DNA of 64,000 bases from positions 4,991-68,990 of the forward strand of contig CAWDOJ010000009.1 in the NCBI GenBank assembly GCA_963803825.1, given 5' to 3'. This DNA comes from an uncultured Verrucomicrobiae bacterium (lineage in GTDB: Bacteria > Verrucomicrobiota > Verrucomicrobiia > Chthoniobacterales > JAATET01). The first letter of the stretch is position 1. Every line of letters begins with the position of its first letter. This document shows positions 40,468-50,175 of this stretch, piece after piece. Under the pieces are notes generated by a model, which saw nothing but the letters and a program-made list of their open reading frames with translations, was not told the DNA's origin and searched no databases. The position numbers were made by a program, and so were the translations under genes.

Positions 40468-40549
40468 CCAAGCAAGCGCCTCTGCAGGGTCGAAGCGCGG
40501 GGCACGACCCTCCGCGCTCATTCGCAAGCCCCGCCAATCCGACCCGGCC

Positions 40550-40780
40550 ATGGAAGAGTTCCTCAAATACGTCCTTGCTCAGCTTGTCGAGTTTCCGGCA
40601 GATGTCGTGATCACGAAGGACGAACGGCCCGGCGAAGTCACCTACCACCTCGCGATGCGGCAATCCGACATCGCGACAGTCGTCGGCAAGGGCGGCCACA
40701 CGATCCAAGCGCTCCGCACCCTCCTCCGCGCCTCGGGACAAAAAAGAGACCTCCGGGTCGGACTCGAAATCATCGAATGA
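40550..40780 (+). CDS. KH-domain RNA-binding protein (YlqC family)
   Basis: 76 aa. VVGKGGHTIQALRTLL (GxxG KH motif). Conserved position after rpsP. Confidence 0.8.
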   Translation: MEEFLKYVLAQLVEFPADVVITKDERPGEVTYHLAMRQSDIATVVGKGGHTIQALRTLLRASGQKRDLRVGLEIIE

Positions 40781-40965
40781 AAACTGCTCGCACTCTCTTC
40801 ACCGCTTCCACCCTTGCGCTCATCTTCGTCGCCACCCCGGCCTGCGAGATGCAGAAGGCCGAGACCACGGTCAAAGGCTACGGCGAAAAGCATGACGCCG
40901 AGTCTGCCAGAGGTGAACTACTCGAGCCCTCAACCGAGACACCCCCGACCTACTTCAACGAGTAG
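40777..40965 (+). CDS. Small putative lipoprotein (62 aa)
   Basis: MKTARTLFTASTLALIFVATPAC lipobox. ATGA overlap with the KH gene. Confidence 0.45.
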   Translation: MKTARTLFTASTLALIFVATPACEMQKAETTVKGYGEKHDAESARGELLEPSTETPPTYFNE

Positions 40966-41068
40966 GAGAGGCTTCCTAGAGCAGCGGCGACTTCCGCTCG
41001 CCGACACCGACCGAAGCGGCTCGGCCACCACTTGGGATCTGATCGAGCGGAGCGCCGCGCCCCCACAC

Positions 41069-41761
41069 TTACCCGATCACAAACCGGCACTCGTAGAGTC
41101 CGCTTGCGCTCCGAGTTTCGCGCCGCACCGGGCCGCCGATCACTTTTGCGACGAGGTCCTGCTCAAGTTTGGCCGTCTCCGGGTAAGCGGCCAGGAGATC
41201 CAGGATCGGGCTGTGTCGCTCGACGATCGCTAGGCTGGACTCGGTCTCCAACGTCGCCATGCAACCCTCACGTTCACGAACGCGTGCGAACCATCTGGCG
41301 CGAGACTCCTTCTCCTCTCCCTTGACCTTTGCCAAGTAGCCTTCCGTTTTCCGACGAAAATAGAGAAACAGCATTTTTGCCGGGGCCGTGGGTCCAAAGA
41401 GTTGTTTCGCCGCATCGAGCAGCTGCATCGAGAGGGCATTCGACTCCGTCGGAAAAAGCTCGTCGGCTTTGCGAGTCAGGCGATACAGCATCTCGGGGCG
41501 TCCGACCGGTCGCGGGTTGCGCCAGGTGTCGAGGTAGCCGTCTCGCTCGAGATCAAGGCAGTGCTGCTTGATCCCCATGTAGCTCATCTTGAGCCGCTTC
41601 GCGAGTTCCTTGACCGGCAGCCCCTGAGATCGCTTAAGCTCGTGCACGATCGCCACACGCTGACTTCGACCTATTTCTACAAGCAACCGATTCACGACTC
41701 GTTGGGAGTTTAAGCGCACGCACGCTTTCTTGACGAGTCGGTTGGAGAGGTTGCGAGGCAA
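41069..41761 (-). CDS. Winged-helix (ArsR/DeoR-type HTH) transcriptional regulator
   Basis: RVAIVHELKRSQGLPVKELAKRLKMSYMGIKQHCLDLERDGYL is a typical wHTH. Start codon uncertain (TTG 41761 or a downstream GTG). Confidence 0.6.
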   Translation of the reverse strand: MPRNLSNRLVKKACVRLNSQRVVNRLLVEIGRSQRVAIVHELKRSQGLPVKELAKRLKMSYMGIKQHCLDLERDGYLDTWRNPRPVGRPEMLYRLTRKADELFPTESNALSMQLLDAAKQLFGPTAPAKMLFLYFRRKTEGYLAKVKGEEKESRARWFARVREREGCMATLETESSLAIVERHSPILDLLAAYPETAKLEQDLVAKVIGGPVRRETRSASGLYECRFVIG

Positions 41762-41824
41762 GAAGGCAGACTCGCCTCTCTTGCCTCCCTTCCGGCCTCC
41801 CCTTCGAGCCGAGGCGCGAGCCGT

Positions 41825-43321
41825 CTACGGCTTCAGGATCGCGTAGGTTTTGCTGGGACCACGATTCACGTTGAGGGTCACTCCCCGACCGCCGCTATTC
41901 GCGGCGATAGCAGCTTCGAGTTCGTCCGAGGTCCGAACCTCTTTGTTCCCGACCGACGTGATCACATCGCCGACTTCGATCCGCGCGATGTCCGCTGGGC
42001 TGCCCTCCGCCACGGCGGTGACCAGTACGCCCGGCTCGGCCTGCACTTTCATGGCGATCGCGAGATCCGGAGTGAGCGCCTTCACGTTTAACCCAGCCAA
42101 CGACCTACGAACCCCCTCCGGCGGCATCGTCGGCGTAGGGTCCGTCGGCTCAAATCGATTCGACGCCCGCATGCGCCCGTCCGTCCGCTCTGCCGTCTGG
42201 ACCTCGACCGTTTGAAGTTTCCCAGCCCGCCAGATCTCTAATCGGACGCTGTCACCCACTTCCCGCTTGAGGATTTCCCTCTGGAGATCAGACGCCGACT
42301 CAACCGACGCGCCGTTCACTGAAATAATCACGTCGGCACGACGCAGATCTGCTCGCGCGGACGGCCCCAGAGGATCCATCTGCATCACAATCACGCCGCT
42401 ATCCAGGCCGGGAAAAAGCGAGGAATCGACGTTTTCTGGTTCCAAAGTCTGGATCGCAATCCCTAGCCACGGGCGGATGAATCGTCCGTTGGTGATGAGC
42501 TGGGACGACACCTGCTTGGCGAGATTGCTGGGAATCGCAAAACCCAGACCGCGGTTGATCCCGTTGATCAGGGTGTTGACGCCGACGACCCGTCCTTCGA
42601 TGTCCACGAGCGGTCCGCCACTGTTGCCCGGATTGATTGAGGCGTCGGTCTGGATGTATTCCTCGTAGTCCTGGCCGTTCGTCAGTCCCGTCCGTCCGAC
42701 GGCACCGATGATCCCGAACGTGAAGGAATACCGCAGGTCATAGGGGGCACCGAGCGCGAAGGCAAATTCTCCGACCCGCACTTTGTCGCTGTCGGCCAGT
42801 TCGACCGGCTGAAGATCGGGCGCGTCGATCTGAAGGACCGCCAGGTCCGAGGCTGGGTCCATGCCGACCAGTGTCGCGGGGAAGGTCTGCCCGTCGTGCA
42901 GCGTGACTTCGATCTCGCCTTCCCCTCCTTCGCCCAGCACGTGGCTATTAGTAAGAATGTAGCCGTCGTTCGTGATGATGAACCCCGACCCCTGGTTCGA
43001 CTCGGGTCGGCTATTCCCCGGCATCCGGTCGGCCATGCCTTGATTCTGGAAGAAGAATTGGAGTGCAGACGATTCCGCCGAGAGGTTCGGATCGGGTGCG
43101 CGCTCGACCTCGATCACCACGACTCCCGGCGAGACTTTCTCGTAAACGTCGGCGAAGGCCTTGCTCAGCCCCTTGGCTAGATTGACCGAAGCGGGAGACG
43201 TGGTGGCCGGTGCCGCGGCCGCTGCTGCGGTGGCGGGTGGCGCTTGAGCCAGGACGGAAGCAGAGGCCAAGCTGAGAAAGGCCAAGGACGTGATCGAAGC
43301 AATCCGTGATTTCGGTTTCAT
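41825..43321 (-). CDS. Periplasmic serine endoprotease, HtrA/DegP/DegQ family (two PDZ domains)
   Basis: Signal peptide, TNSHV (His), GNSGGPLVD (Ser), two PDZ-like segments. Start trimmed to MKPKSRIAS. Confidence 0.92.
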   Translation of the reverse strand: MKPKSRIASITSLAFLSLASASVLAQAPPATAAAAAAPATTSPASVNLAKGLSKAFADVYEKVSPGVVVIEVERAPDPNLSAESSALQFFFQNQGMADRMPGNSRPESNQGSGFIITNDGYILTNSHVLGEGGEGEIEVTLHDGQTFPATLVGMDPASDLAVLQIDAPDLQPVELADSDKVRVGEFAFALGAPYDLRYSFTFGIIGAVGRTGLTNGQDYEEYIQTDASINPGNSGGPLVDIEGRVVGVNTLINGINRGLGFAIPSNLAKQVSSQLITNGRFIRPWLGIAIQTLEPENVDSSLFPGLDSGVIVMQMDPLGPSARADLRRADVIISVNGASVESASDLQREILKREVGDSVRLEIWRAGKLQTVEVQTAERTDGRMRASNRFEPTDPTPTMPPEGVRRSLAGLNVKALTPDLAIAMKVQAEPGVLVTAVAEGSPADIARIEVGDVITSVGNKEVRTSDELEAAIAANSGGRGVTLNVNRGPSKTYAILKP

Positions 43322-43480
43322 AAGTGCAGACGGTAAGGGTTGATCCTCGCATTTCAAGCTGACCGCCCAAAAAATTTTGCGTTGGGCACGAGTTTAGCAT
43401 TGTCGGGAATCGCTCGGAATGCATTTTGTCGGGCCGAGCACTCAACCAATTGCCGCTCAAATCGTAGCTCCGACGACATC

Positions 43481-44929
43481 ATGCCCAGGAAAATCGAAGA
43501 CTCGACCGTCCCGAGCGAAGCCGTCGGCTCGACCGACGCCTCGACCGACGCTTTGACTTCCTCTCCCGCTGTCGGCAGCGAAGACTTTGAGAACCTGGGC
43601 GAACTCCCGCGCCGCTACGACGAGGATACGATTTTTCTGATCGCTCAGGAACCGCACTGGCTCTTCTGCTATTGGGACATCGACATCGCTCACCACCCCG
43701 GCGGCCCCGCTTCGCTGCGGTGCTTCCGAGGTGCGGAGGAGATCGAAGCCGAGATCGAAGTGTCGTTTGAAACTCACAATTGGTATATCCCCGTTAGCCA
43801 AGCTGGTGCCGAATACGCCGTGGAGATCGGTTTCTACCGGGGCGACCAGTGGAAGCCGATCTCCCGCTCGGTCGCCGTGCAAACCCCGCCCGAGGGGGTT
43901 TCACAATCCGAGGACTTCGCTTTCGCGACCGTGCCCTTTCACCTGAGCTTTCAGCGATTGATTGATAACCTCGCTGCCTCCGTGGAGGAAGAGGGCAATC
44001 TGGTCGAGACCGTGGCTCGGATGCAGCGCAACGGCGACTTCTCGGCCTTTGGCCTATCCGCCGGTGACGGAGACGGGCACTCCCCGAGCATGGATCCCTT
44101 GGTGCTTCTGGCCGCACTCGCCGGTCCTGAGCTGCACACCGAACTCTCCAACGGCTCGATCAGCTCCGCCGAGGTTCACTCTCGAGTCCACGCCGCGTTG
44201 AATGAGCGCATCAGCTCTGGAAACGGCGCTTCGCTGGGAGGCGGATCATCCGAATCTTTGTCGTCTGGGCATCTCGTGTCCCCCGCCGGGTCATCTGGCG
44301 GGATCGCTTCGGGTGGTCTGGCGTCCGGAGCGTTCGCGAGCGAGCTGCTGGCGACCTTCTCCTCGCGGTCGCCCGAGGAAGTCTCGAGCTGGTTGCAGGG
44401 TGCCACCCTGAGTTGGTCCCATGCCTCGGGCGGTGAAACCAACTCCGAACACCTGTCCTCTCGCTCGGAGTGGTCCGGCATCGCCGGCCCCTCGAGCTGG
44501 TCGCTCGACCGCATCTCCAGTTGGCTCGGCGCCGCAGAATCCAGCGGGTTTCCAAATACACTAAGCAGCTGGTTGCAGGGTGTGCAGTCGAGCCGGGCGG
44601 GAGCCGCCAATTCGAGCTGGGGTCTCGGCGGACCGTCGAGCGACGCGCGAGAAGCTGAGTCGAGTTGGGCTTCAGGGAGCTTGAGCGCGCCGTTTTCCTA
44701 CTTTGCTCCGCAGTCAGGCAGCCATTTTCTTCCAGACGGCAGCGCCGGGATCGTTTTCGAAGGTGGTCACACCGGCTCCACCCTCTCCGTTGAGGCTGAG
44801 CCGAGCTCTCTGGATCCGGCGGGCGGGCTTCGCGACCACTTCAGGTTTCCAGCCGATGGCAGTGAGATCCAGGTCGTCGCTCGGTCTCCCACGGGATTCA
44901 GCACGGGTCCCGGCCGCCACAGTTCCTAG
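43481..44929 (+). CDS. DUF4912-like N-domain protein with Ser/Trp-rich repetitive C-terminal half
   Basis: LIAQEPHWLFCYWDI...NWYIPV...VEIGFY resembles DUF4912 (from memory). The C-terminal part has recurring S-S-W motifs. Confidence 0.6.
   Translation: MPRKIEDSTVPSEAVGSTDASTDALTSSPAVGSEDFENLGELPRRYDEDTIFLIAQEPHWLFCYWDIDIAHHPGGPASLRCFRGAEEIEAEIEVSFETHNWYIPVSQAGAEYAVEIGFYRGDQWKPISRSVAVQTPPEGVSQSEDFAFATVPFHLSFQRLIDNLAASVEEEGNLVETVARMQRNGDFSAFGLSAGDGDGHSPSMDPLVLLAALAGPELHTELSNGSISSAEVHSRVHAALNERISSGNGASLGGGSSESLSSGHLVSPAGSSGGIASGGLASGAFASELLATFSSRSPEEVSSWLQGATLSWSHASGGETNSEHLSSRSEWSGIAGPSSWSLDRISSWLGAAESSGFPNTLSSWLQGVQSSRAGAANSSWGLGGPSSDAREAESSWASGSLSAPFSYFAPQSGSHFLPDGSAGIVFEGGHTGSTLSVEAEPSSLDPAGGLRDHFRFPADGSEIQVVARSPTGFSTGPGRHSS
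44387..44582 (+). repeat. Intragenic direct repeat (exact 16-mer agctggttgcagggtg at 44387-44402 and 44567-44582, 180 nt apart)
   Basis: Read directly. Both copies encode SSWLQG in frame. Confidence 0.7.
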
Positions 44930-44998
44930 TATCTGCCCTCAAAATAACCGGACCGCAGGCCGACGACCGCCGAACCCCGAAGCTGTCGCCTCCACGCC

Positions 44999-45904
44999 AT
45001 GCCTTCCACGCCCCGCCATCAGCGCGATCCGCTCGTCGATTCGTTCTTCGTGTTCTTGGAGGGCGAGCGTAACGCCTCACCGCGAACACTCGTTGCCTAC
45101 CGCCACGCGTTGACGGAATTCCGTCGATTTCGGCCGGATGTCACTTGGCGATCCGCCACGCCGGAGGACTTCCGAGCGTTTCTTTTTGACCTGATGAAGC
45201 GCGGATTGGCCCGTGCCACCGTTCGGTTGACCTTTGCGGCCCTCCGGACGTTCTACAAATTTCTAGTTGAGCGCAAAAACCTCCCGACGAACACTTTGAG
45301 CTTTGTTGTCCTGCCGAAACCGGAAAAATCATTGCCCTCATTCCTGACGCTGCGGCAAGTCGATTTGCTTCTTGCGGCTCCGGGTGTCGCTCCTCAAGAG
45401 AAGCAAGCTCCGCGCTGGGTGGCCGCGCGGGACGCCGCAATCCTCGAACTCTTCTACTCTTGCGGATTGAGGCTCGCCGAACTCGCTTCCCTGAACGTTG
45501 GCGACGTCGACCCGTACTCGGAGACGCTTCGAGTCGTCGGCAAAGGGTCGAAGGAGCGGGTGTGCCCGGTCGGCGGCCCGGCGCTCACCGCAATCTCAAC
45601 TTATCGTCACCGGGCAAACGTTGTCACGGGACCGCTGTTTATCAACAAATCACGGTGCCGCCTGTCCGCGAGATCGATCTGGGCAATGATGAAGAAATAC
45701 CTGTCGCAAGCGGGACTTCCGTCGACGCTCAGCCCTCACAAGCTCCGTCACAGCTTCGCCACCCATCTGCTCGACAACGGTGCCGATCTTCGCAGTCTGC
45801 AGACCCTCCTCGGCCACGCGAGCCTCTCGACCACCCAGATCTACACCCACGTAACGACCGAGCGCCTGAAGAAAACCTACGCAAAATCTCACCCGCGAGC
45901 CTGA
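44999..45904 (+). CDS. xerC: Tyrosine recombinase XerC/XerD
   Basis: N-terminal SAM-like domain (FLEGERNASPRTLVAYR), catalytic ARDAAILELFYSCGLRLAEL, HKLRHSFATHLL, LLGHASLSTTQIYTHV. Confidence 0.88.
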   Translation: MPSTPRHQRDPLVDSFFVFLEGERNASPRTLVAYRHALTEFRRFRPDVTWRSATPEDFRAFLFDLMKRGLARATVRLTFAALRTFYKFLVERKNLPTNTLSFVVLPKPEKSLPSFLTLRQVDLLLAAPGVAPQEKQAPRWVAARDAAILELFYSCGLRLAELASLNVGDVDPYSETLRVVGKGSKERVCPVGGPALTAISTYRHRANVVTGPLFINKSRCRLSARSIWAMMKKYLSQAGLPSTLSPHKLRHSFATHLLDNGADLRSLQTLLGHASLSTTQIYTHVTTERLKKTYAKSHPRA

Positions 45905-46024
45905 TCTCGGCGGAGCGCACGCTTTTGTCCTAGGATCGAGCGCGATCCCGGCAACCGGCTGGGAGCTGCGAGGCCACGTGATGAACGCAAAAGCTCCGTG
46001 AAAGCGCGTCCAGGCACCAGGCGG

Positions 46025-46228
46025 TCAGCGGATCTTCCGCAGTAACGGCAGCCCGGTCTTCTGATTTTCTGACACCTCGTAGCCCTCGGGCAGAGCATCC
46101 ATAGCACCTTCTCCCGCCGTGCCAGCGAAATAATACAGCGACACCTCCTGACCTCCCCGCAGTTTCTGTCGGCGATGGTAGAGGTGATACGTCTTGCCGG
46201 ATTTGACGCTGTCGACGGTGAACGCCAC
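46025..46228 (-). CDS. Small conserved-looking hypothetical protein (67 aa)
   Basis: ORF with good third-position GC. No family recognised. Confidence 0.4.
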   Translation of the reverse strand: MAFTVDSVKSGKTYHLYHRRQKLRGGQEVSLYYFAGTAGEGAMDALPEGYEVSENQKTGLPLLRKIR

Positions 46229-46279
46229 GGAGTGCCTGGGGGATCGGGGGCAGACCCGTCGGCCTCGAAAGGCCGACGG

Positions 46280-46546
46280 CTACTTGATGATAGCCGCTTT
46301 CTTCAGCGTCTTGTAGGCACCATTTTTATCGATGGTCTTAAACGCTCGCGCCGTTGCTTTCACGGTGACAAATTTCTTCAGCTCCGGCACCCAGACCCGC
46401 TTTTTGCGGAGATTCGGGACAAATTCGCGTTTCACGACTTTGGTCACGTGCATGCCGATGCCCCCCTTTTTCTTCGCAAGACCGCGACGGTGAATGCGAC
46501 CTCCGATGGTCGGCTTGGCTCCGGTGATTTGGCACTGTCTGGACAT
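46280..46546 (-). CDS. rpmB: 50S ribosomal protein L28
   Basis: MSRQCQITGAKPTIGGRIHRRGLAKKKGGIG...VPNLRKKRVWVPE. Confidence 0.93.
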   Translation of the reverse strand: MSRQCQITGAKPTIGGRIHRRGLAKKKGGIGMHVTKVVKREFVPNLRKKRVWVPELKKFVTVKATARAFKTIDKNGAYKTLKKAAIIK

Positions 46547-46620
46547 AAAATCTTAAAACGTAAATTTGAGGAACGCGGACTATCCGTTTCCCACGTCGAG
46601 TGGTCAAGCTAGGTTTTGGG

Positions 46621-47346
46621 CTAATTGCCGAGTGCGGTCTGCTGCGCGGCAAGTAGTTGCTCGATCCCGACGCGGCCCACGGCGAGCATCTGCGTCAGTT
46701 CGTCCGGGGTAAACGATGCTTCCTCGCCCGATCCTTGGACTTCGACGAACTCGAACTTGTCGGTCATCACGAGATTCATGTCCACGCTGGCGTCCTTGTC
46801 TTCGATGTAATCCAGGTCGAGCAGCACTTCGCCGCCGACGACGCCGACGCTAACCGCCGCAACCATCTGCTTGATCGGGGAGCGCTTGACCTTCCCCGCC
46901 TTCTGCAATTCCTGGCAAGCCAACGCGATGGCGACCGCCGCGCCAGTGATGGACGCAGTCCGCGTCCCACCATCGGCTTGGAGCACATCGCAATCGACCC
47001 AGATCGTGCGCGACCCCAGCGCCTCCAGATCAACGACCGCCCGGAGGGATCGCCCGATCAGGCGCTGGATCTCGGTCCCCCGCCCGTCCTGCTTCCCGCG
47101 GCTGACGTCGCGCTGCTTCCGGGTGAGCGTGGAATAAGGCAGCATGGAATACTCGGCGGTGATCCAGCCGCCCGTCACGTTCTGCTCCTTCATCCAACGC
47201 GGCACCTTGTCCTCGACCATGGCAGCGCAGATGACGCGGGTGTTCCCGGCAGAAACGAGCACAGAACCCATCGCGTGGGGAGCGACGCCGGGTTCGAATT
47301 TGAGAGGGCGAAGCTGATCAAAGGTGCGGGAATCGTGTCTGGGCAT
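46621..47346 (-). CDS. rph: Ribonuclease PH
   Basis: GSVLVSAGNTRVICAA, RGKQDGRGTEIQRLIGRSLRAVVD, CDVLQADGGTRTASITGA. Confidence 0.95.
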   Translation of the reverse strand: MPRHDSRTFDQLRPLKFEPGVAPHAMGSVLVSAGNTRVICAAMVEDKVPRWMKEQNVTGGWITAEYSMLPYSTLTRKQRDVSRGKQDGRGTEIQRLIGRSLRAVVDLEALGSRTIWVDCDVLQADGGTRTASITGAAVAIALACQELQKAGKVKRSPIKQMVAAVSVGVVGGEVLLDLDYIEDKDASVDMNLVMTDKFEFVEVQGSGEEASFTPDELTQMLAVGRVGIEQLLAAQQTALGN

Positions 47347-47365
47347 GAGGCGGCGGAGGCTGAGG

Positions 47366-48057
47366 TCAGGAATCGGTCGCGTCCAGCAAATCCGGGCGTC
47401 GGTCGCGAGTCAGCGCCAACGCCCGCTCGCGACGCCAAGTGGCGATGGCGGCATGGTTGCCCGACGTCAGCACACCGGGCACGCGCCAACCCTCGAACTC
47501 CTCCGGTCGGGTGTAGTGCGGGTGATCGAGTATGCCGAGATCCCCCTCGCCGAACGAATCCTGCACCGCCGAATCTTCGTCCCCCAACACGCCCGGCAGC
47601 AGCCGCACGACCGCATCCGTCACCACGAGCGCCGCCAGAGCCCCGTTCGTGAGGACGTAGTCGCCGATGGACCACTCGTCATCGATCAGGTGATCCGCCA
47701 CCCGCTGATCGACCCCTTCGTAGTGCCCGCAGAGCAGAATGAGATGCTTCACTTCCCGGGCGGTCGTCCGCGCCATCGGCTGATCGAAGACGCGGCCCTG
47801 CGGCGTCATGAGCACGACCCGCGTGTCCGGCGTCCGCAGATCCGTGAGCGCTCGGTGGATCGGCTCGATCCGCATGACCATCCCGGGGCCACCGCCGTAG
47901 GGCATGCCGTCGGCGACCCGGTGGCGGCCCGTCGTCCACTCACGGAGATCCACCGCTTCGAGGTCCGCCAGTCCACGGTCGGCGGCCCGCTTCAGCATGC
48001 TCTCCCCCAGCGCGCCCCGGCAGATCCCCGGAAAAAGTGTCAATATTTGAATCTTCA
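47366..48057 (-). CDS. trmD: tRNA (guanine37-N1)-methyltransferase
   Basis: (V)KIQILTLFPG, DGMPYGGGPGMVM, LLCGHYEGVDQRV, SIGDYVLTNG. Only the last 230 codons of the 648-aa ORF. GTG start 48057. Confidence 0.92.
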
Positions 48058-48109
48058 CGACGTGCGACTTTTCTTTATGCGAACCATTCCGTAGCTTCGC
48101 AAGCGTCCC

Positions 48110-50062
48110 GTGCCGCGAAAGTCCCCGCCCAAACGCTCGCAACGCGCCCGTTCGCAGCCCGCTAAGAAAGCTCCGAAACGCAGATCTGCTCGGCGCAGAA
48201 CGCCCCCCGTCCGCCGCCGCCGCTCCCGCTTCGTCACCGGTCTGAAGCTCGCCGTTGCCGCTGCCGTGATCTGGGGCCTCGGGGGCGTCGGGCTCTATCT
48301 TTACGCGCTGACCTTCGATCTGAGCAAAATCAACGAACTGCCTCAGCGCTCGATCGTCCTGGACCGAGATGGGAGATTTTACAGCCGCCTCGCGGGAGAG
48401 AATCGCATCGTGGCCCCCTTCCACCGCATCGCGCCCGACTTCATCGACGCCCTCGTCTCGCGGGAAGACAACCGGTTTTTCACTCACTACGGTGTGGATC
48501 CGGTCGGGATCGCGCGCGCCGCCGTCCGGAATCTGCTCTTTGGCGGCATCCGGCAGGGCGGCTCGACCATCACGCAACAACTCGCGCGCAACGCGTTCCC
48601 GCTCGGCGGACGCACGCTGCAGCGCAAACTCGTCGAAGCCGCCCTCGCCTTTCGCATCGAGACCGAGCTGACGAAGGATGAGATCCTCTCGGCTTACGTG
48701 AACCGGATCTACTTCGGCTCCGGTTACTACGGTGTCGACACGGCCAGCCGGGCGTATTTCGGCAAGCCCGCCGCCGACCTCACCCTCTCGGAGTCCGCCC
48801 TCCTCGCCGGCCTCATCCGCAGCCCGACCCGCCTCTCGCCTTTCAACGACCTCCCCGCCGCGACCCGCCAGCGTGATCTCGTGCTCCAGAGCATGCGCGG
48901 CCTCGGCATCATCACCGCCACCGAGGCCGAAGCCGCCAAGGCAGCACCGATCCGGCTTGCCCCGCGGCCGCCGTCGACCGTCCGCTTCGGCTGGGCCATG
49001 GAGACCGTGCAACGCGAACTCGACCTCGTGCTCACCCCCGATCAACTCGACGCCGGGGGCCTCACCATCGCGACCACCATCGATCCAGCCTTGCAGCGAG
49101 CCGCGACTCGGATCGTGACCAATCGCCTCGCCACCATCGAACGCCTGCCGAATTACCCCCACCAGTCTAAAAGCGCCACGAGTCAACCCGAGGATGTGCT
49201 GCAAGCCGCCGTGATCGCCATCGACAATCGCACCGGCGGCATCCGCGCCATCGTCGGCGGACGCGACTACCGTGAGAGTCAGTTTAATCGCGCCTTCCAC
49301 GCCGAGCGCCAAGCCGGATCGACGGTGAAGCCCTTCGTTTTTGCGACCGCGTTCGAAGCCGGTCTACGTGCGGACGACCGCATCTCCGATGGTCGATTGA
49401 CGCCGGGCGAGATCCCCCGCGACTTGGGTGCTTACGATCCGGCGAATTCCGACGGCAAATTTGGCGGCGACATCTCGGTCGCCGACGCCCTCGCTCGCTC
49501 TCGCAATACCTCGAGTGTCCGCGTCGGGCTTCGGGCCGGATTGCCCTTGGTGTCCGAGACCTTTGTCCGCGCCGGACTCGCTCCGGCCGTGCCCAGCTTT
49601 CCCAGCATTTGTTTGGGTGCATTCGAGACCACGCTCAAGGACCTCACCGCCGCCTACACCGCTTTTCCGACCGGAGGCACCCGTCTCCAGCCATTCATCA
49701 TTGCGGAAGTAAGCGACGCGGAGGGTCGACCGATCTACAAGGCCACCGGAGCGAGACTCCGTCTCTTCGGTGCCCCCGCGGCAAAGGAGACGTTCGCGCT
49801 GCTGAGCGAGGTCATGACCCGCGGCACCGCCGCCAGCGCGCGCCGACTCGGGCTCCGCCGGCGAGCTGGCGGTAAAACTGGCACGACCGACGACTCGCGC
49901 GACGCCTGGTTCATCGGTTACATCGAGAGTCTCACCTGCGGCGTCTGGGTCGGATTCGACCGACCTCGGCAGATCATGGAGGGCGGCTACGGCGCCAACC
50001 TCGCTCTCCCGATCTGGGTGGACGTCATCCAGTCCGCTAACCCGGCGCGATATCCAGATTGA
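48110..50062 (+). CDS. Class A penicillin-binding protein (PBP1A-type), intact paralogue
   Basis: REDNRFFTHYGVD, GGSTITQQLARN, KDEILSAYVNRIYFG. Transpeptidase motifs STVKP, SRN, KTGTT. Confidence 0.92.
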   Translation: MPRKSPPKRSQRARSQPAKKAPKRRSARRRTPPVRRRRSRFVTGLKLAVAAAVIWGLGGVGLYLYALTFDLSKINELPQRSIVLDRDGRFYSRLAGENRIVAPFHRIAPDFIDALVSREDNRFFTHYGVDPVGIARAAVRNLLFGGIRQGGSTITQQLARNAFPLGGRTLQRKLVEAALAFRIETELTKDEILSAYVNRIYFGSGYYGVDTASRAYFGKPAADLTLSESALLAGLIRSPTRLSPFNDLPAATRQRDLVLQSMRGLGIITATEAEAAKAAPIRLAPRPPSTVRFGWAMETVQRELDLVLTPDQLDAGGLTIATTIDPALQRAATRIVTNRLATIERLPNYPHQSKSATSQPEDVLQAAVIAIDNRTGGIRAIVGGRDYRESQFNRAFHAERQAGSTVKPFVFATAFEAGLRADDRISDGRLTPGEIPRDLGAYDPANSDGKFGGDISVADALARSRNTSSVRVGLRAGLPLVSETFVRAGLAPAVPSFPSICLGAFETTLKDLTAAYTAFPTGGTRLQPFIIAEVSDAEGRPIYKATGARLRLFGAPAAKETFALLSEVMTRGTAASARRLGLRRRAGGKTGTTDDSRDAWFIGYIESLTCGVWVGFDRPRQIMEGGYGANLALPIWVDVIQSANPARYPD

Positions 50063-50175
50063 CGAGGATTGGCGGCGGAGCCTCCGGGCGCCTACCCCGA
50101 CATTTTGCTCCACAAGAACTTGCAAATTGCCACCGGAGGCACGTCATTGGTCTTCCAACTCATCTTCCGAATCAT

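Noticed and set aside
44999-45904. Tyrosine recombinase as a marker of an integrated mobile element. tRNA-Glu at 32447 as a possible integration site.
   Set aside because: The protein has the full XerC/XerD architecture and sits among housekeeping genes. There are no direct repeats of the tRNA 3' end, no phage or plasmid genes and no compositional island next to either locus.
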